Source: a bacterium
Lineage (GTDB): Bacteria > Zhuqueibacterota > Zhuqueibacteria > Zhuqueibacterales > Zhuqueibacteraceae
Direction: 5' to 3'
Assembly: GCA_044869275.1 (NCBI GenBank)
Contig: JBIOXB010000052.1
Location: 1 to 39,704 of the forward strand
Length of the DNA stretch: 39,704 nucleotides
The notes beneath the pieces are model-generated. The model was not told where the DNA came from, made no database searches, and worked only from the letters and a program-made list of their open reading frames with translations. This document shows, piece after piece, positions 17,348 through 26,800 of this stretch (position 1 is its first letter; the number at the start of each line of letters is the position of its first letter). The translations under genes were made by a program, and so were the position numbers.

Positions 17348-18748
17348 ATGTCAATTCTTTCGGGTTCTTCAGTCGGGGGCGAGCATTGGGGCATTGTTGG
17401 CGGCGGCATGCTGGGCATGACGCTTGCCCATCGTTTGTCGCAAAGAGGACATCGCGTCACCTTGCTGGAAGCGGCTGGCCATCTCGGGGGCTTGGCAAGC
17501 GCATGGCAGCTCGGCGAGGTGGTGTGGGACAAGCACTATCACGTCACCTTGTTGTCTGACCGTTATCTGCGCGCGTTATTGTCTGAGCTGGGTTTGGAAA
17601 AAGAAATGCGCTGGGTGCAAACCAAAACCGGTTTTTATACCGCAGGCAAGCTTTATTCGCTTTCGAATATTTGGGAGTTCCTCCGTTTTCCTCCGTTGAC
17701 ATGGGTGGACAAGCTCCGTCTCGGGGCGACGATTTTCTATGCCTCGCATGTGCGCGACTGGAAAAAACTCGAGCGGATCCTGGTCTCAGAGTGGCTGGAA
17801 AAGTGGTCGGGCAGAAATACCTGCGAAAAGATCTGGCAACCGTTGCTGCGCGCCAAACTGGGTGAGAAGTACAAACAAGCTTCGGCGGCCTTTATCTGGG
17901 CAAGCATCTCCAGAATGTACTCCGCCCGCCGCACCGGCGTCAAAAAAGAAATGTTCGGTTATGTGCCCGGCGGTTATGCCCGCATTTTGGAGCGTTTCGG
18001 CGAAGTTTTGCAGGCACAAGGCGTCGGCATCAAATTACAGCATCTCGCCAAGCGAGTGGAGCCGCGGCATGACGGCAAGATTGACGTGGAGTTCATGAAT
18101 GGGCGGCATGAAAACTTCGATCAAGTCGTTCTGACCATGCCGGCGCCCCTGGCAGTCAAGGTTTGCCCGGCGCTATCGCCGGCGGAAAAGTCCAAACTCG
18201 GCGATATTCAATATCTCGGCATCATCTGCGCATCAGTGCTGTTGCAACGGCCGTTGGCCAATTATTATGTCACCAATATCACGGATTCCTGGGTGCCTTT
18301 CACCGGTGTCATCGAGATGTCGGCCTTGGTTGATCGCCGGCATTTTGGCGGGAATGCCCTGGTCTATCTGCCCAAATACCTCGCCCCGGATGATCCCGCG
18401 TTCGCCTGCTCCGATCAGGAAATTGAAAGAGAGTTTCTTGTGGCGCTGCGGCGTATGTATCCTGGCCTGCAGCCCAGCGAGGTGCTTTGTTTTCGTGTGT
18501 CACGCGCCCGCCATGTCTTTGCCTTGTCCACACTGCATTACTCTGAAAAGCTGCCGTCTATTTCCACTTCGCTGCCGGGCGTGCATATCGTCAATTCCGC
18601 TCACATCGTCAACGGCACGCTGAATGTCAACGAGACGATTCAGCTTGCCGAGAGCGCGTTGCCTTTGCTTTTGGCAAAGCCAAAGAAAACTACGCCTGTC
18701 CCCTGCGGCAGTGTGCGCCAAGAAACGGTGGAAACTCTGGCCGTCTAA
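17348..18748 (+). CDS. FAD-dependent oxidoreductase (amine oxidase / protoporphyrinogen oxidase-like fold), function unknown
   Basis: Dinucleotide-binding IVGGGMLGMTLA...LEAAGHLGGLA, WDKHYH, FGYVPGG, FDQVVLT. Confidence 0.82.
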   Translation: MSILSGSSVGGEHWGIVGGGMLGMTLAHRLSQRGHRVTLLEAAGHLGGLASAWQLGEVVWDKHYHVTLLSDRYLRALLSELGLEKEMRWVQTKTGFYTAGKLYSLSNIWEFLRFPPLTWVDKLRLGATIFYASHVRDWKKLERILVSEWLEKWSGRNTCEKIWQPLLRAKLGEKYKQASAAFIWASISRMYSARRTGVKKEMFGYVPGGYARILERFGEVLQAQGVGIKLQHLAKRVEPRHDGKIDVEFMNGRHENFDQVVLTMPAPLAVKVCPALSPAEKSKLGDIQYLGIICASVLLQRPLANYYVTNITDSWVPFTGVIEMSALVDRRHFGGNALVYLPKYLAPDDPAFACSDQEIEREFLVALRRMYPGLQPSEVLCFRVSRARHVFALSTLHYSEKLPSISTSLPGVHIVNSAHIVNGTLNVNETIQLAESALPLLLAKPKKTTPVPCGSVRQETVETLAV

Positions 18749-18780
18749 GACATTTATCCCTCCCTCATCCCTGTAATAAA

Positions 18781-18815
18781 GGCGCGAGGAGTCTGTGGTC
18801 AAGATTCTTCGCGCC
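18781..18815. terminator. 14-bp intergenic stem-loop (possible intrinsic terminator or stability hairpin)
   Basis: GGCGCGAGGAGTCT-GTGGTCA-AGATTCTTCGCGCC pairs fully with two G-U pairs. It is followed by GATTT on + and TTTATTAC on -. Confidence 0.5.
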
Positions 18816-18873
18816 GATTTCCCACGCGGTGCGGTTTGAATTCAAGCTTGAAATTTTAGGGTGAGCACGGCAT

Positions 18874-19206
18874 ATGGAAAATGAAAGTTTCCTCGCGCGA
18901 GGTGAAATCGCCAACATGGTCCTGGCCAGCTTGCGAGCGATTCTGGAGGTAAAACGAAAAGCGCCGGTGGCCGATGTCGGCGAGTCCACGACGCTCATTG
19001 GGCGGCAAGCCGTGCTCGATTCGCTCGGCCTGGTGACGCTGCTGGTCGATCTCGAGCAGCGGTTTGAAGAATTGCACGGCTGGCCGGTGACGCTGGCGAA
19101 TGAGCGCGCCTTGTCACAAAAGCACAGTCCGTTTCGCACCGTGCAAACGCTGACAAATTATATTTGCTCGCTGCAGGCGGAGAAACAGGCTCATGCCGCC
19201 GCGTGA
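18874..19206 (+). CDS. Acyl carrier protein
   Basis: 110 aa; TTLIG...LDSLGLVTLLVDLEQ phosphopantetheine Ser motif; PFRTVQTLTNYI. Confidence 0.85.
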   Translation: MENESFLARGEIANMVLASLRAILEVKRKAPVADVGESTTLIGRQAVLDSLGLVTLLVDLEQRFEELHGWPVTLANERALSQKHSPFRTVQTLTNYICSLQAEKQAHAAA

Positions 19207-19900
19207 AGTGGTGCTGATTACCGGCACGCGCAAAGGCATCGGCCGTTATTTGGCGCGGCACTTTGTGGAAAAAGGCGCGCTGGTCGAGGGTTGCAGCCGT
19301 GAGCAGCCTGATTGGCAATTAGACAACTACACGCATCACCTGGCCGATGTGGCAAATGAAGCGCAAGTGAAAACCATGATGGCCTCGATCAAACAGCGGC
19401 ACAGCCATCTGGAGGTCATCATCAACAATGCCGGGGTGGCGGCGATGAACCATTCCTTGCTCACACCGGTGGCGGCGGCGGATCGCCTGATGGCCACCAA
19501 TTTTCGCGGAACGTTTTTGGTGTGCCGCGAGGGCGCGAAGTTGATGAAGAAAAATCTTTATGGCCGCATCGTGAATCTCAGCAGCATCGCGGTGCCCATG
19601 CAGGTGGAGGGCGAAGCGATTTACGCCGCCTCCAAGAGCGCGATCACAACGATGACGCAAATCTTGGCGCGCGAGCTGGCTGAATTCGGCATCACCTGCA
19701 ATGTCGTGGGGCCGGCTCCGATGGCGACCGACCTCATTCGTGCCGTGCCGGAGGAGAAAATCCAACACTTGGTGAACCGTCTCGCGCACAAGCGGCTCGG
19801 CCGTTACGAAGACGTGGCGAACGTAATCGACTTTTTTGTGAAGCGCGAGAGCGGTTATGTCACCGGGCAGGTGATCTATTTGGGAGGGCCTTGTTGCTGA
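19193..19900 (+). CDS. SDR oxidoreductase, FabG-like 3-oxoacyl-ACP reductase
   Basis: ITGTRKGIG, INNAG, IVNLSS, YAASK, YVTGQVI. Confidence 0.9.
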   Translation: MPPREVVLITGTRKGIGRYLARHFVEKGALVEGCSREQPDWQLDNYTHHLADVANEAQVKTMMASIKQRHSHLEVIINNAGVAAMNHSLLTPVAAADRLMATNFRGTFLVCREGAKLMKKNLYGRIVNLSSIAVPMQVEGEAIYAASKSAITTMTQILARELAEFGITCNVVGPAPMATDLIRAVPEEKIQHLVNRLAHKRLGRYEDVANVIDFFVKRESGYVTGQVIYLGGPCC

Positions 19901-20016
19901 AGTTTGCACGGCCGGTGCAGCGGTTCATTACGCAAGGCGTGATAAACACCCTTTGCAGACCTGTGTGCCGCCCGCAAAGCTTTGGTTTTCAGTTTGTCTG
20001 AAATTTGGCGTCGTCT

Positions 20017-21450
20017 ATGATGAGCACATCTATCGATTTTCTGCTTCAGACTTTTCGAGCGCACCACGAGCAAGAAGCCCTTATTTGGAAGGATCGCGTC
20101 TTTCATTATGGCTTTCTGTTGCAGCGCCTCAACGAATGGAATGCGCTGCTGGCCTCGGAAAAAATTGCGGCTGGCACCGTGGTCCTGGTGGAAGCGGATT
20201 ATTCACCGAATGCCGTCGCGCTGTTGCTCGCCCTCATCGCGCAAGCTTGCATCGTGGTGCCGCTAACCAGCACGGTGGACGCCAAGAAAGCCGAGTTCAT
20301 CGCAAACGCAGAAGGGGAAGTTGCTTTCGCGATCGACGAGCATGACAACGTGCGCATCACACGCTTGCCCAACCAGGCGCAGCACCCGCACTATCAAACG
20401 CTGCGCCAGCTCGGGCATCCGGGTTTGGTGCTGTTCTCCTCAGGATCGACCGGCAAGAGCAAGGCAGCCGTCCATGATTTCGCGCGGCTACTGGAAAAAT
20501 TCAAGAGGCCGCGCAAGCAGTTGCGCGCGATCACGTTCTTGCTTTACGATCACATCGGAGGTGTAAATACGCTTTTCTACACCCTCTCCAACGCGGGTTG
20601 CGTCGTGACCGTGCAGGAACGTACGCCGGATGCCGTGTTGCAAGCCATTGCCAAGCATAGGGTCGAGATCTTGCCCACCTCGCCCACTTTTCTCAATTTG
20701 ATTTTGCTGAGCGAAGCTTACCGGCGCTACCAGATCAGCACGCTGCAGATGATCACTTATGGCACCGAGCCGATGCCGGAGAGCACGCTCAAACGCATTC
20801 ACGAAATTTTTCCGCGCACACAACTGCTGCAGACGTACGGTCTTTCGGAGCTGGGCATTCTGCGCTCGAAGTCCAAGGACTCGTGCTCGTTGTGGGTCAA
20901 GCTCGGTGGCGAGGGATTCGAGACCAAAGTCGTGAACGGCACGCTCTGCGTGCGCGCGCGCTCGGCCATGCTGGGCTATCTCAACGCGCCCAGCCCGTTT
21001 GATGCCGAGGGCTGGATGAACACCGGCGACGTGGTGGAAACCGAGGGCGACTATTTTCGCATCCTCGGCCGGAACACGGAAATCATCAATGTGGGCGGGC
21101 AGAAGGTTCATCCCGTGGAAGTGGAAAGCGTGCTCATGCAAATGGACAATCTGCGCGAGGTCACGGTTTACGGCGAGAAGAATCCCATCACCGGCAACCT
21201 CGTGGCGGCGCGCGTGCAATTGCGTGAGCCGGAAGACTTGTTGGAGCTGAAGCGCAGAATCCAGTGTTTTTGCCGGGACCGGCTCCCGGCATACATGATT
21301 CCGGCGAGAATCGAAATCAGCGCGAACAAACAATTCAGCGCGCGCTACAAGAAGCTGCGCGCCAATTCCACCCCCGAGATGCAACCAACACCCTCACCCG
21401 AGCCCATCGCTTGCGGCGCCGGGCTTGAATCCCGCTCATGCAAATCATAA
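20017..21450 (+). CDS. Adenylate-forming enzyme (acyl-CoA / acyl-ACP ligase, AMP-binding family)
   Basis: LFSSGSTGKSKA P-loop, TYGLSE, NTGD, ILGR, NVGGQKVHPVEVE. ATG 20017 or 20020. Confidence 0.9.
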   Translation: MMSTSIDFLLQTFRAHHEQEALIWKDRVFHYGFLLQRLNEWNALLASEKIAAGTVVLVEADYSPNAVALLLALIAQACIVVPLTSTVDAKKAEFIANAEGEVAFAIDEHDNVRITRLPNQAQHPHYQTLRQLGHPGLVLFSSGSTGKSKAAVHDFARLLEKFKRPRKQLRAITFLLYDHIGGVNTLFYTLSNAGCVVTVQERTPDAVLQAIAKHRVEILPTSPTFLNLILLSEAYRRYQISTLQMITYGTEPMPESTLKRIHEIFPRTQLLQTYGLSELGILRSKSKDSCSLWVKLGGEGFETKVVNGTLCVRARSAMLGYLNAPSPFDAEGWMNTGDVVETEGDYFRILGRNTEIINVGGQKVHPVEVESVLMQMDNLREVTVYGEKNPITGNLVAARVQLREPEDLLELKRRIQCFCRDRLPAYMIPARIEISANKQFSARYKKLRANSTPEMQPTPSPEPIACGAGLESRSCKS

Positions 21451-22913
21451 GCATTGCCATCGACACCAACTTGCTCGACCATTACGGCCCTGAAATTTGC
21501 TGGGCTTGGCGCCAGGTCTTCGTTGCCGCAGGCGTGCCATGGCGACAAGTTTCAATAGAGGAGCCGGCTTGCGATATCGCATACACCACGGAAGCGCGCC
21601 ACACCGATCGGTCGCGACTTTGCATCTTGGCGAAACCCGCGCGGTGGGAACAGCCTTCGCGTTTTCATTTACAGGAAATCGGCCATTGCGAGGATTGGCA
21701 CTTTCCGGTTTATACCGGTGAACGGGCCGCGGCGACGCCGTTGCAAGCAATCGACCAGACATTACTATGCGAACGCGATATCATTTTCGATCTCTTTTGG
21801 CTGGCTACCGGACAAGAGGAGGCGGCATGGCCGAAGAATGAACATGGCCATTTTGATCTGAGCGGAACGGCGTTTTATGACTTGAACGTTCTGCGCCTGG
21901 CGCCAGGCTCCGGCATCATTTCCGGTCTGGAAAAAGTTTTCCATGATCTCGGGTTTGTAAGCCCCGTGCCGAAGTGGCCTGGCGGCCGGCGTGCGGCGGC
22001 GTGTGTCGGGCACGACGTCGACTATCCGGAGGTCATCCGGTGGATTGAACCCTTGCGCAGACTACTGCACCGTCGCAATGGAGGCCTACCGGCCGTCGTG
22101 GCGATTCTGACCGGTAAAAGGAAGCATTGGCATTTCGCTTCGTGGGTGGAGCTGGAAGAGCATCTGCAGACGCGCTCGGCTTTCTTTTTTACAGCGCGGC
22201 AGGGTTCGCTGGTGCGCTACGCCACCGGCACGCCCGATCCATTCTACGACGTCCGCTCGCCTCGCTTTAAAGAACTTTTCGAGGCATTGCGCGAGCGAGG
22301 TTTCGAAATCGGTTTGCATGCCAGTTATCACGCCGGTGAAAGCCGGGAGAAATTGGCCGCAGAACGAGAGCTGCTGGCGGAAGCCAGCCAGGAAGAAATC
22401 GCGGGCAACCGGCATCACTATTGGCGCATGAATCCGCACGACCCGGAGTCGACATTGTTGTTGCATGAGCAGGTGGGCTTCAAATACGATACTTCTTTGA
22501 CCCACGAACGTTACCTCGGCTGGCGGCGCGGATTGTGCTCGCCGTTCTTTCCCTTTCATCAAAAAGAAAGAAGGGAGTTGCGCACGCTGCAAATTCCGAC
22601 CGCCTGGATGGATGATCAGCTGTTCGGGCACCGTGACGATAACCCCGGCGAGCGGCAGGAGATTCTGCATGAGCTGGCAGACGGGGTTGTGGCACACGGT
22701 GGCTGCTTGCTGGTCGATGTGCACGACTATGTATTTGACGAGGTGCTTTATCCGGGATGGGCGCAAACCTATCGTGACCTATGGGAATACATACTGACAC
22801 GCTCGGATATTTGGATCGACACGCCGGGCAATATTGCGGAGCATTGGATCAAACGCCATCACGTTCTCCTGCACGCCAGCCAGGGCCTCACGGGAGCGCC
22901 CGCCGGCGTTTGA
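21438..22913 (+). CDS. Polysaccharide deacetylase-like protein (CE4/NodB-type barrel with N-terminal extension)
   Basis: WPGGRRAAACVGHDVD, FEIGLHASY, GNRHHYWR, GFKYDTS, LQIPTAWMD. Confidence 0.75.
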   Translation: MQIISIAIDTNLLDHYGPEICWAWRQVFVAAGVPWRQVSIEEPACDIAYTTEARHTDRSRLCILAKPARWEQPSRFHLQEIGHCEDWHFPVYTGERAAATPLQAIDQTLLCERDIIFDLFWLATGQEEAAWPKNEHGHFDLSGTAFYDLNVLRLAPGSGIISGLEKVFHDLGFVSPVPKWPGGRRAAACVGHDVDYPEVIRWIEPLRRLLHRRNGGLPAVVAILTGKRKHWHFASWVELEEHLQTRSAFFFTARQGSLVRYATGTPDPFYDVRSPRFKELFEALRERGFEIGLHASYHAGESREKLAAERELLAEASQEEIAGNRHHYWRMNPHDPESTLLLHEQVGFKYDTSLTHERYLGWRRGLCSPFFPFHQKERRELRTLQIPTAWMDDQLFGHRDDNPGERQEILHELADGVVAHGGCLLVDVHDYVFDEVLYPGWAQTYRDLWEYILTRSDIWIDTPGNIAEHWIKRHHVLLHASQGLTGAPAGV

Positions 22914-23881
22914 AAGAAGTGGTGGCGGCGCTCGTATTGGTGGCGCCGCCGTTTTTGAAAGTTCCCCTGCTCCGCCGGCTGGGTGGCGCGCGCATCGGCC
23001 GCCACGTTCATATCGGATGGTTTTCGACCATCTCGGCGAAGCATATCAGCATTGGCGATTATGCGGAAATCCGCGCGTTCAGCATCATGCACTGCGCGGG
23101 CGAGGTGAAGATTGGCGCATACGCGGTCATCAGCAATTTTGTGCTGGTGTATGGGCTGGGCAGCTTCAGCGCGGGGAAACACTGCTATATCGGCTCGCAG
23201 TGCTGGATCAATGCGGAGGAGGAAGTGCGCATCGGCAATGTCTCCGCACTTGGGCCACGCTGCATGATTTTCACGCACGGCTCGTTTCTGCCTTATACAG
23301 AGGGATATTGGGCCAAGCTCGCCGGCGTCACCATCGGGAATTACGTGTGGCTGGCGGCCGGGGTGTTCGTTCATCCCGGCGTACGCGTGGGCGATCGCGT
23401 ATTCGCCAACTCGCGCGCCGTGATTACGCATGACCTCCAGTCCGGCGAAGTGGTCGCAGGATTTCCCGCCGAGCCTGTCGGTCGTATGGAGAACTTGCAG
23501 CGCCACATGACGCCTTCACGTCAGGACGAGGCGGCGCGGCATATGCTCGCGCAGTTCGCGAAATTGATTTTGTCGCGGAAGTTGGGAATAGAGGTGCAAA
23601 CGCATGACGACGAGGATTTCCGCTTTCGTGCTTATGGCCGTGAATATGCTTTGTTCTACATTCCGGCGGAGGGAGAAATGCCTGATCTCCAGCGGTTTTA
23701 TCCCAAGGCGCGCATGCTGGCCCTTGTCAATCGCCCGAATTGGACAGCGGCCCAGCCTCGTCGCCGCCTGTCAGTCTTCAATATGACCACCATGAAAACC
23801 GGACCGTGGCGCGACGGAGTTCAACGTGAGCTCTGGCAATTCATGAGGATGTACTTTGGGGTGACCTTTGAATTCGAATAG
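22910..23881 (+). CDS. Hexapeptide-repeat acyltransferase with an additional unassigned C-terminal domain
   Basis: GARIGRHVHIG, ISIGDY, VRIGN...IFTHG, GVTIGNYVWL..GVFVHPGVRVG, VAGFPA. TTG 22910 overlaps the previous stop. Confidence 0.8.
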   Translation: MKEVVAALVLVAPPFLKVPLLRRLGGARIGRHVHIGWFSTISAKHISIGDYAEIRAFSIMHCAGEVKIGAYAVISNFVLVYGLGSFSAGKHCYIGSQCWINAEEEVRIGNVSALGPRCMIFTHGSFLPYTEGYWAKLAGVTIGNYVWLAAGVFVHPGVRVGDRVFANSRAVITHDLQSGEVVAGFPAEPVGRMENLQRHMTPSRQDEAARHMLAQFAKLILSRKLGIEVQTHDDEDFRFRAYGREYALFYIPAEGEMPDLQRFYPKARMLALVNRPNWTAAQPRRRLSVFNMTTMKTGPWRDGVQRELWQFMRMYFGVTFEFE

Positions 23882-26800
23882 GTGAAAATTATGGTCACTC
23901 GATGCCTTCTTCCGCATCATTCCTCAAGCCTTGCACCCGGCTTTGGGCGAATTTTGAGGTTGGCGCTCCTCTTCATTTTGCTTTGGTGCGCGCACGCGTT
24001 CGCGCAGGTTTCTCCTGATTATTCCCGTACGCCGGCGCTGTTCGTGCATGGCTCCGGTTTATCCTCTTCAACGTGGCAAGCGATGATCACTGAATTCATC
24101 AGCCATGGTTATCCGCCCGAATACTTGTCTGCCATCGATCTGATTCCAAACAATGGCGCCAATGCGCGCGCGGCGACATTGTTTATTGCGCCGGCCGCAG
24201 ACTCGCTGCTGGTGCGTGCCGGCCGCGCGGCCAGAGGGGCGGGATACGCCGGTCCGCTGCCGCAGCGATTGGATCTCCTCGGTCACAGCATGGGAGCGTT
24301 CAGCACGCGCTGGTATGCGGCCGAGCTGCGGCCCGATCGGGTACGCACCTGGATTTCTCTCGCCGGCGCAAATCATGGCACGAACACCTTGTGCGATTAT
24401 CCCGATGGCGAAGGCAACATCGAGTTGTGCCCGGCGTTTGGAATCGACCCAGTGCGCAATGCCGTGCAGATAGAGCTCAATGGCACACCGGCAGCACCCC
24501 TCGACGAATCGCCATTTGGCATTGGCATGGATCGGCCGGGAGTCACCCCCATATTGCCGGATACGGCGCGGCGGATCCTGTATTATTCCATTCGCGTCGA
24601 GCCTGATTTTTGGATCAAACCGGAGTCCAGCGCCCTCATTGACGGCGCCGGCGGCATAGCGGTGGCAGTGCCGGCTGGGGTCCCGGTGGTGGAAACCGGT
24701 CCTGGCAACTTTCTCTATACCGGCACTGACGATCATGATAACCTGCCCACTTTTCCACCATTGATCCGCTTCGTACGCGCGCTGCTATCGAGTTCAATTT
24801 CAACCAGGGATGTTACTGTCACCGAAGGCAACGCCGGAACGAGCAACGCCGTTTTTATGGTGACGTTATCGGCCGCCAGCAATCAAACCGTCACCGTCGA
24901 TTACGCCACGGCGAACGGCACGGCGACAGCCGGAAGTGATTATATTGCTACCTCAGGGACATTGACCTTTGCACCCGGCGCGACGACGCAATCTCTCACC
25001 GTGGTAGTGAATGGCGACATTACAGTTGAATCGGATGAAACTCTTTTCGTTAATCTCAGCAACCCAGCCAATGCGACCATTGCGGATAACCAAGCGCTCG
25101 GTACGATCAGCAATGATGACATCGTTGTACCGCTCCCAGATATTTCGATCAATGACGTGAGTGTGACCGAAGGCAATGCCGGCATTGTCAATGCGACTTT
25201 CAATGTGACTTTGCCCGCCGCCAGCGGCCAGATCGTGACGGCCGATTATGCCACTGCGAATGGCACGGCGACAGCAGGAAGTGATTACGTGGCTGGCTCA
25301 GGTACATTGATCTTCGCGCCCGGCGCGATTACGCAATCCCTCACCGTAGCCGTGAATGGCGATGTTCTGGATGAACCAAACGAGCACTTCTTGGTGAATC
25401 TCAGCAATGCGACCAATGCCACGATCACCGACAACCAAGGACTAGCCACGATCACTGACGATGACGCGGCCCCAGCGCTTGCGATTAATGATGTCACCGT
25501 GACAGAAGCAAATAGCGGTACGGTAAACGCTGTTTTCAACGTAGCCCTCTCGGCCATCAGCGGCCAGATTGTGACCGTGAATTACTCCACGGCCAATGGC
25601 ACGGCAACTAGCGGGAATGATTTCGCTGCAAGCGCCGGCACTCTGGCGTTTTCCGCCGAAACAATCACGCAGACGATCGCCGTGCAAGTCAGCGGCGATA
25701 TCAGCAATGAGCGGCACGAGACTTTTTTCGTCAACCTCAACAACCCGCAGAATGCCACCATTACCGACGCCCAAGGGATGGGCACGATTCTGGATGATGA
25801 CGGGCCATCGGTGCGTTTTCTCGCTCTGCTCAAAGGCAATTTAGAAGTGCCGCCAGTGAAAACCAAGGCAAGCGGAGGCGGCACGTTCATGCTCAGTGCC
25901 GGTGAAGACACCTTGCGGTTCAATCTGCGCGTCACTCAGCTCAGTGCAGCAATAACCGGTGCGCATTTCCACAATGCAGCAGCAGGCGCTCTCGGGCCGG
26001 CCGTGCGCACCATCACTGCCAATTTTAGCGGCGACGTGGCGAGCGGCATTTGGACGAGGTCAGACAATGAGCCGCTCACGCCGGCGCTGGTCACAGAGCT
26101 ACTAGCCGGTAATTTCTATGTCAATATTCGCACGGCCTCCAACCCCTCGGGCGAGATCCGCGGCCAGTTATGGCGGGATACGCCGGTGCAGCTTTTCGCA
26201 GCACTCAGCGGCAGCCAGGTCGTTTCTCCGGTGGAAACGACGGCGAGTGGCGCGGGCAGTTTCACACTTGCCAGTGGCGGCCAAAGCTTGGCGTTTGATC
26301 TTCGTCTCAATGAATTGAGCGGATCCATCACCACTGCGCATTTTCACAGTGCTGCCACGGGCATGAGTGGTCCTTCGGTGCGTGATCTCACCACGAGCTT
26401 CGCCGGCAATAGAGCCAGCGGCATTTGGTCGGACACCGATGTCGCTCCGTTGACCCCGGCATTGGTCGCAGAGCTCCTGGCAGGCACGATTTACGCGGAC
26501 GTGCATACGGCGTCCAATCCCAACGGAGAAATTCGCGGTCAAACCGCCACGCAGGCGTTGCCGGATTGGGAAGTGCCCATCACCGTGCGCCCGGTGGGCA
26601 GTACTAATTTGAAAAGGTTTGATCTTGCCATTGGCGGGCATGCGGCAGCGACCGACAGTTTCAACCTCGGGCTCGATCTGATTGCAGCGCCGCCGGGATT
26701 CGATTATTACTCCTATCTTGCCTTAAATACCCCGCCGGGTTTTCTCAGCCGTGATATTCGAAGGTGGGTACCGCCATTTGCTGGCGAAATTGTCTGGCAA

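Noticed and set aside
19901..20016. Chain of short hairpins between the SDR and AMP-ligase genes as an ncRNA
   Set aside because: Stems are only 5-7 bp, with no recognisable family motif or U-tract.
18874..21450. ACP/SDR/AMP-ligase as an NRPS/PKS or fatty-acid synthesis cluster
   Set aside because: No ketosynthase, condensation or thioesterase domain is present, and the glycan context favours a tailoring role.
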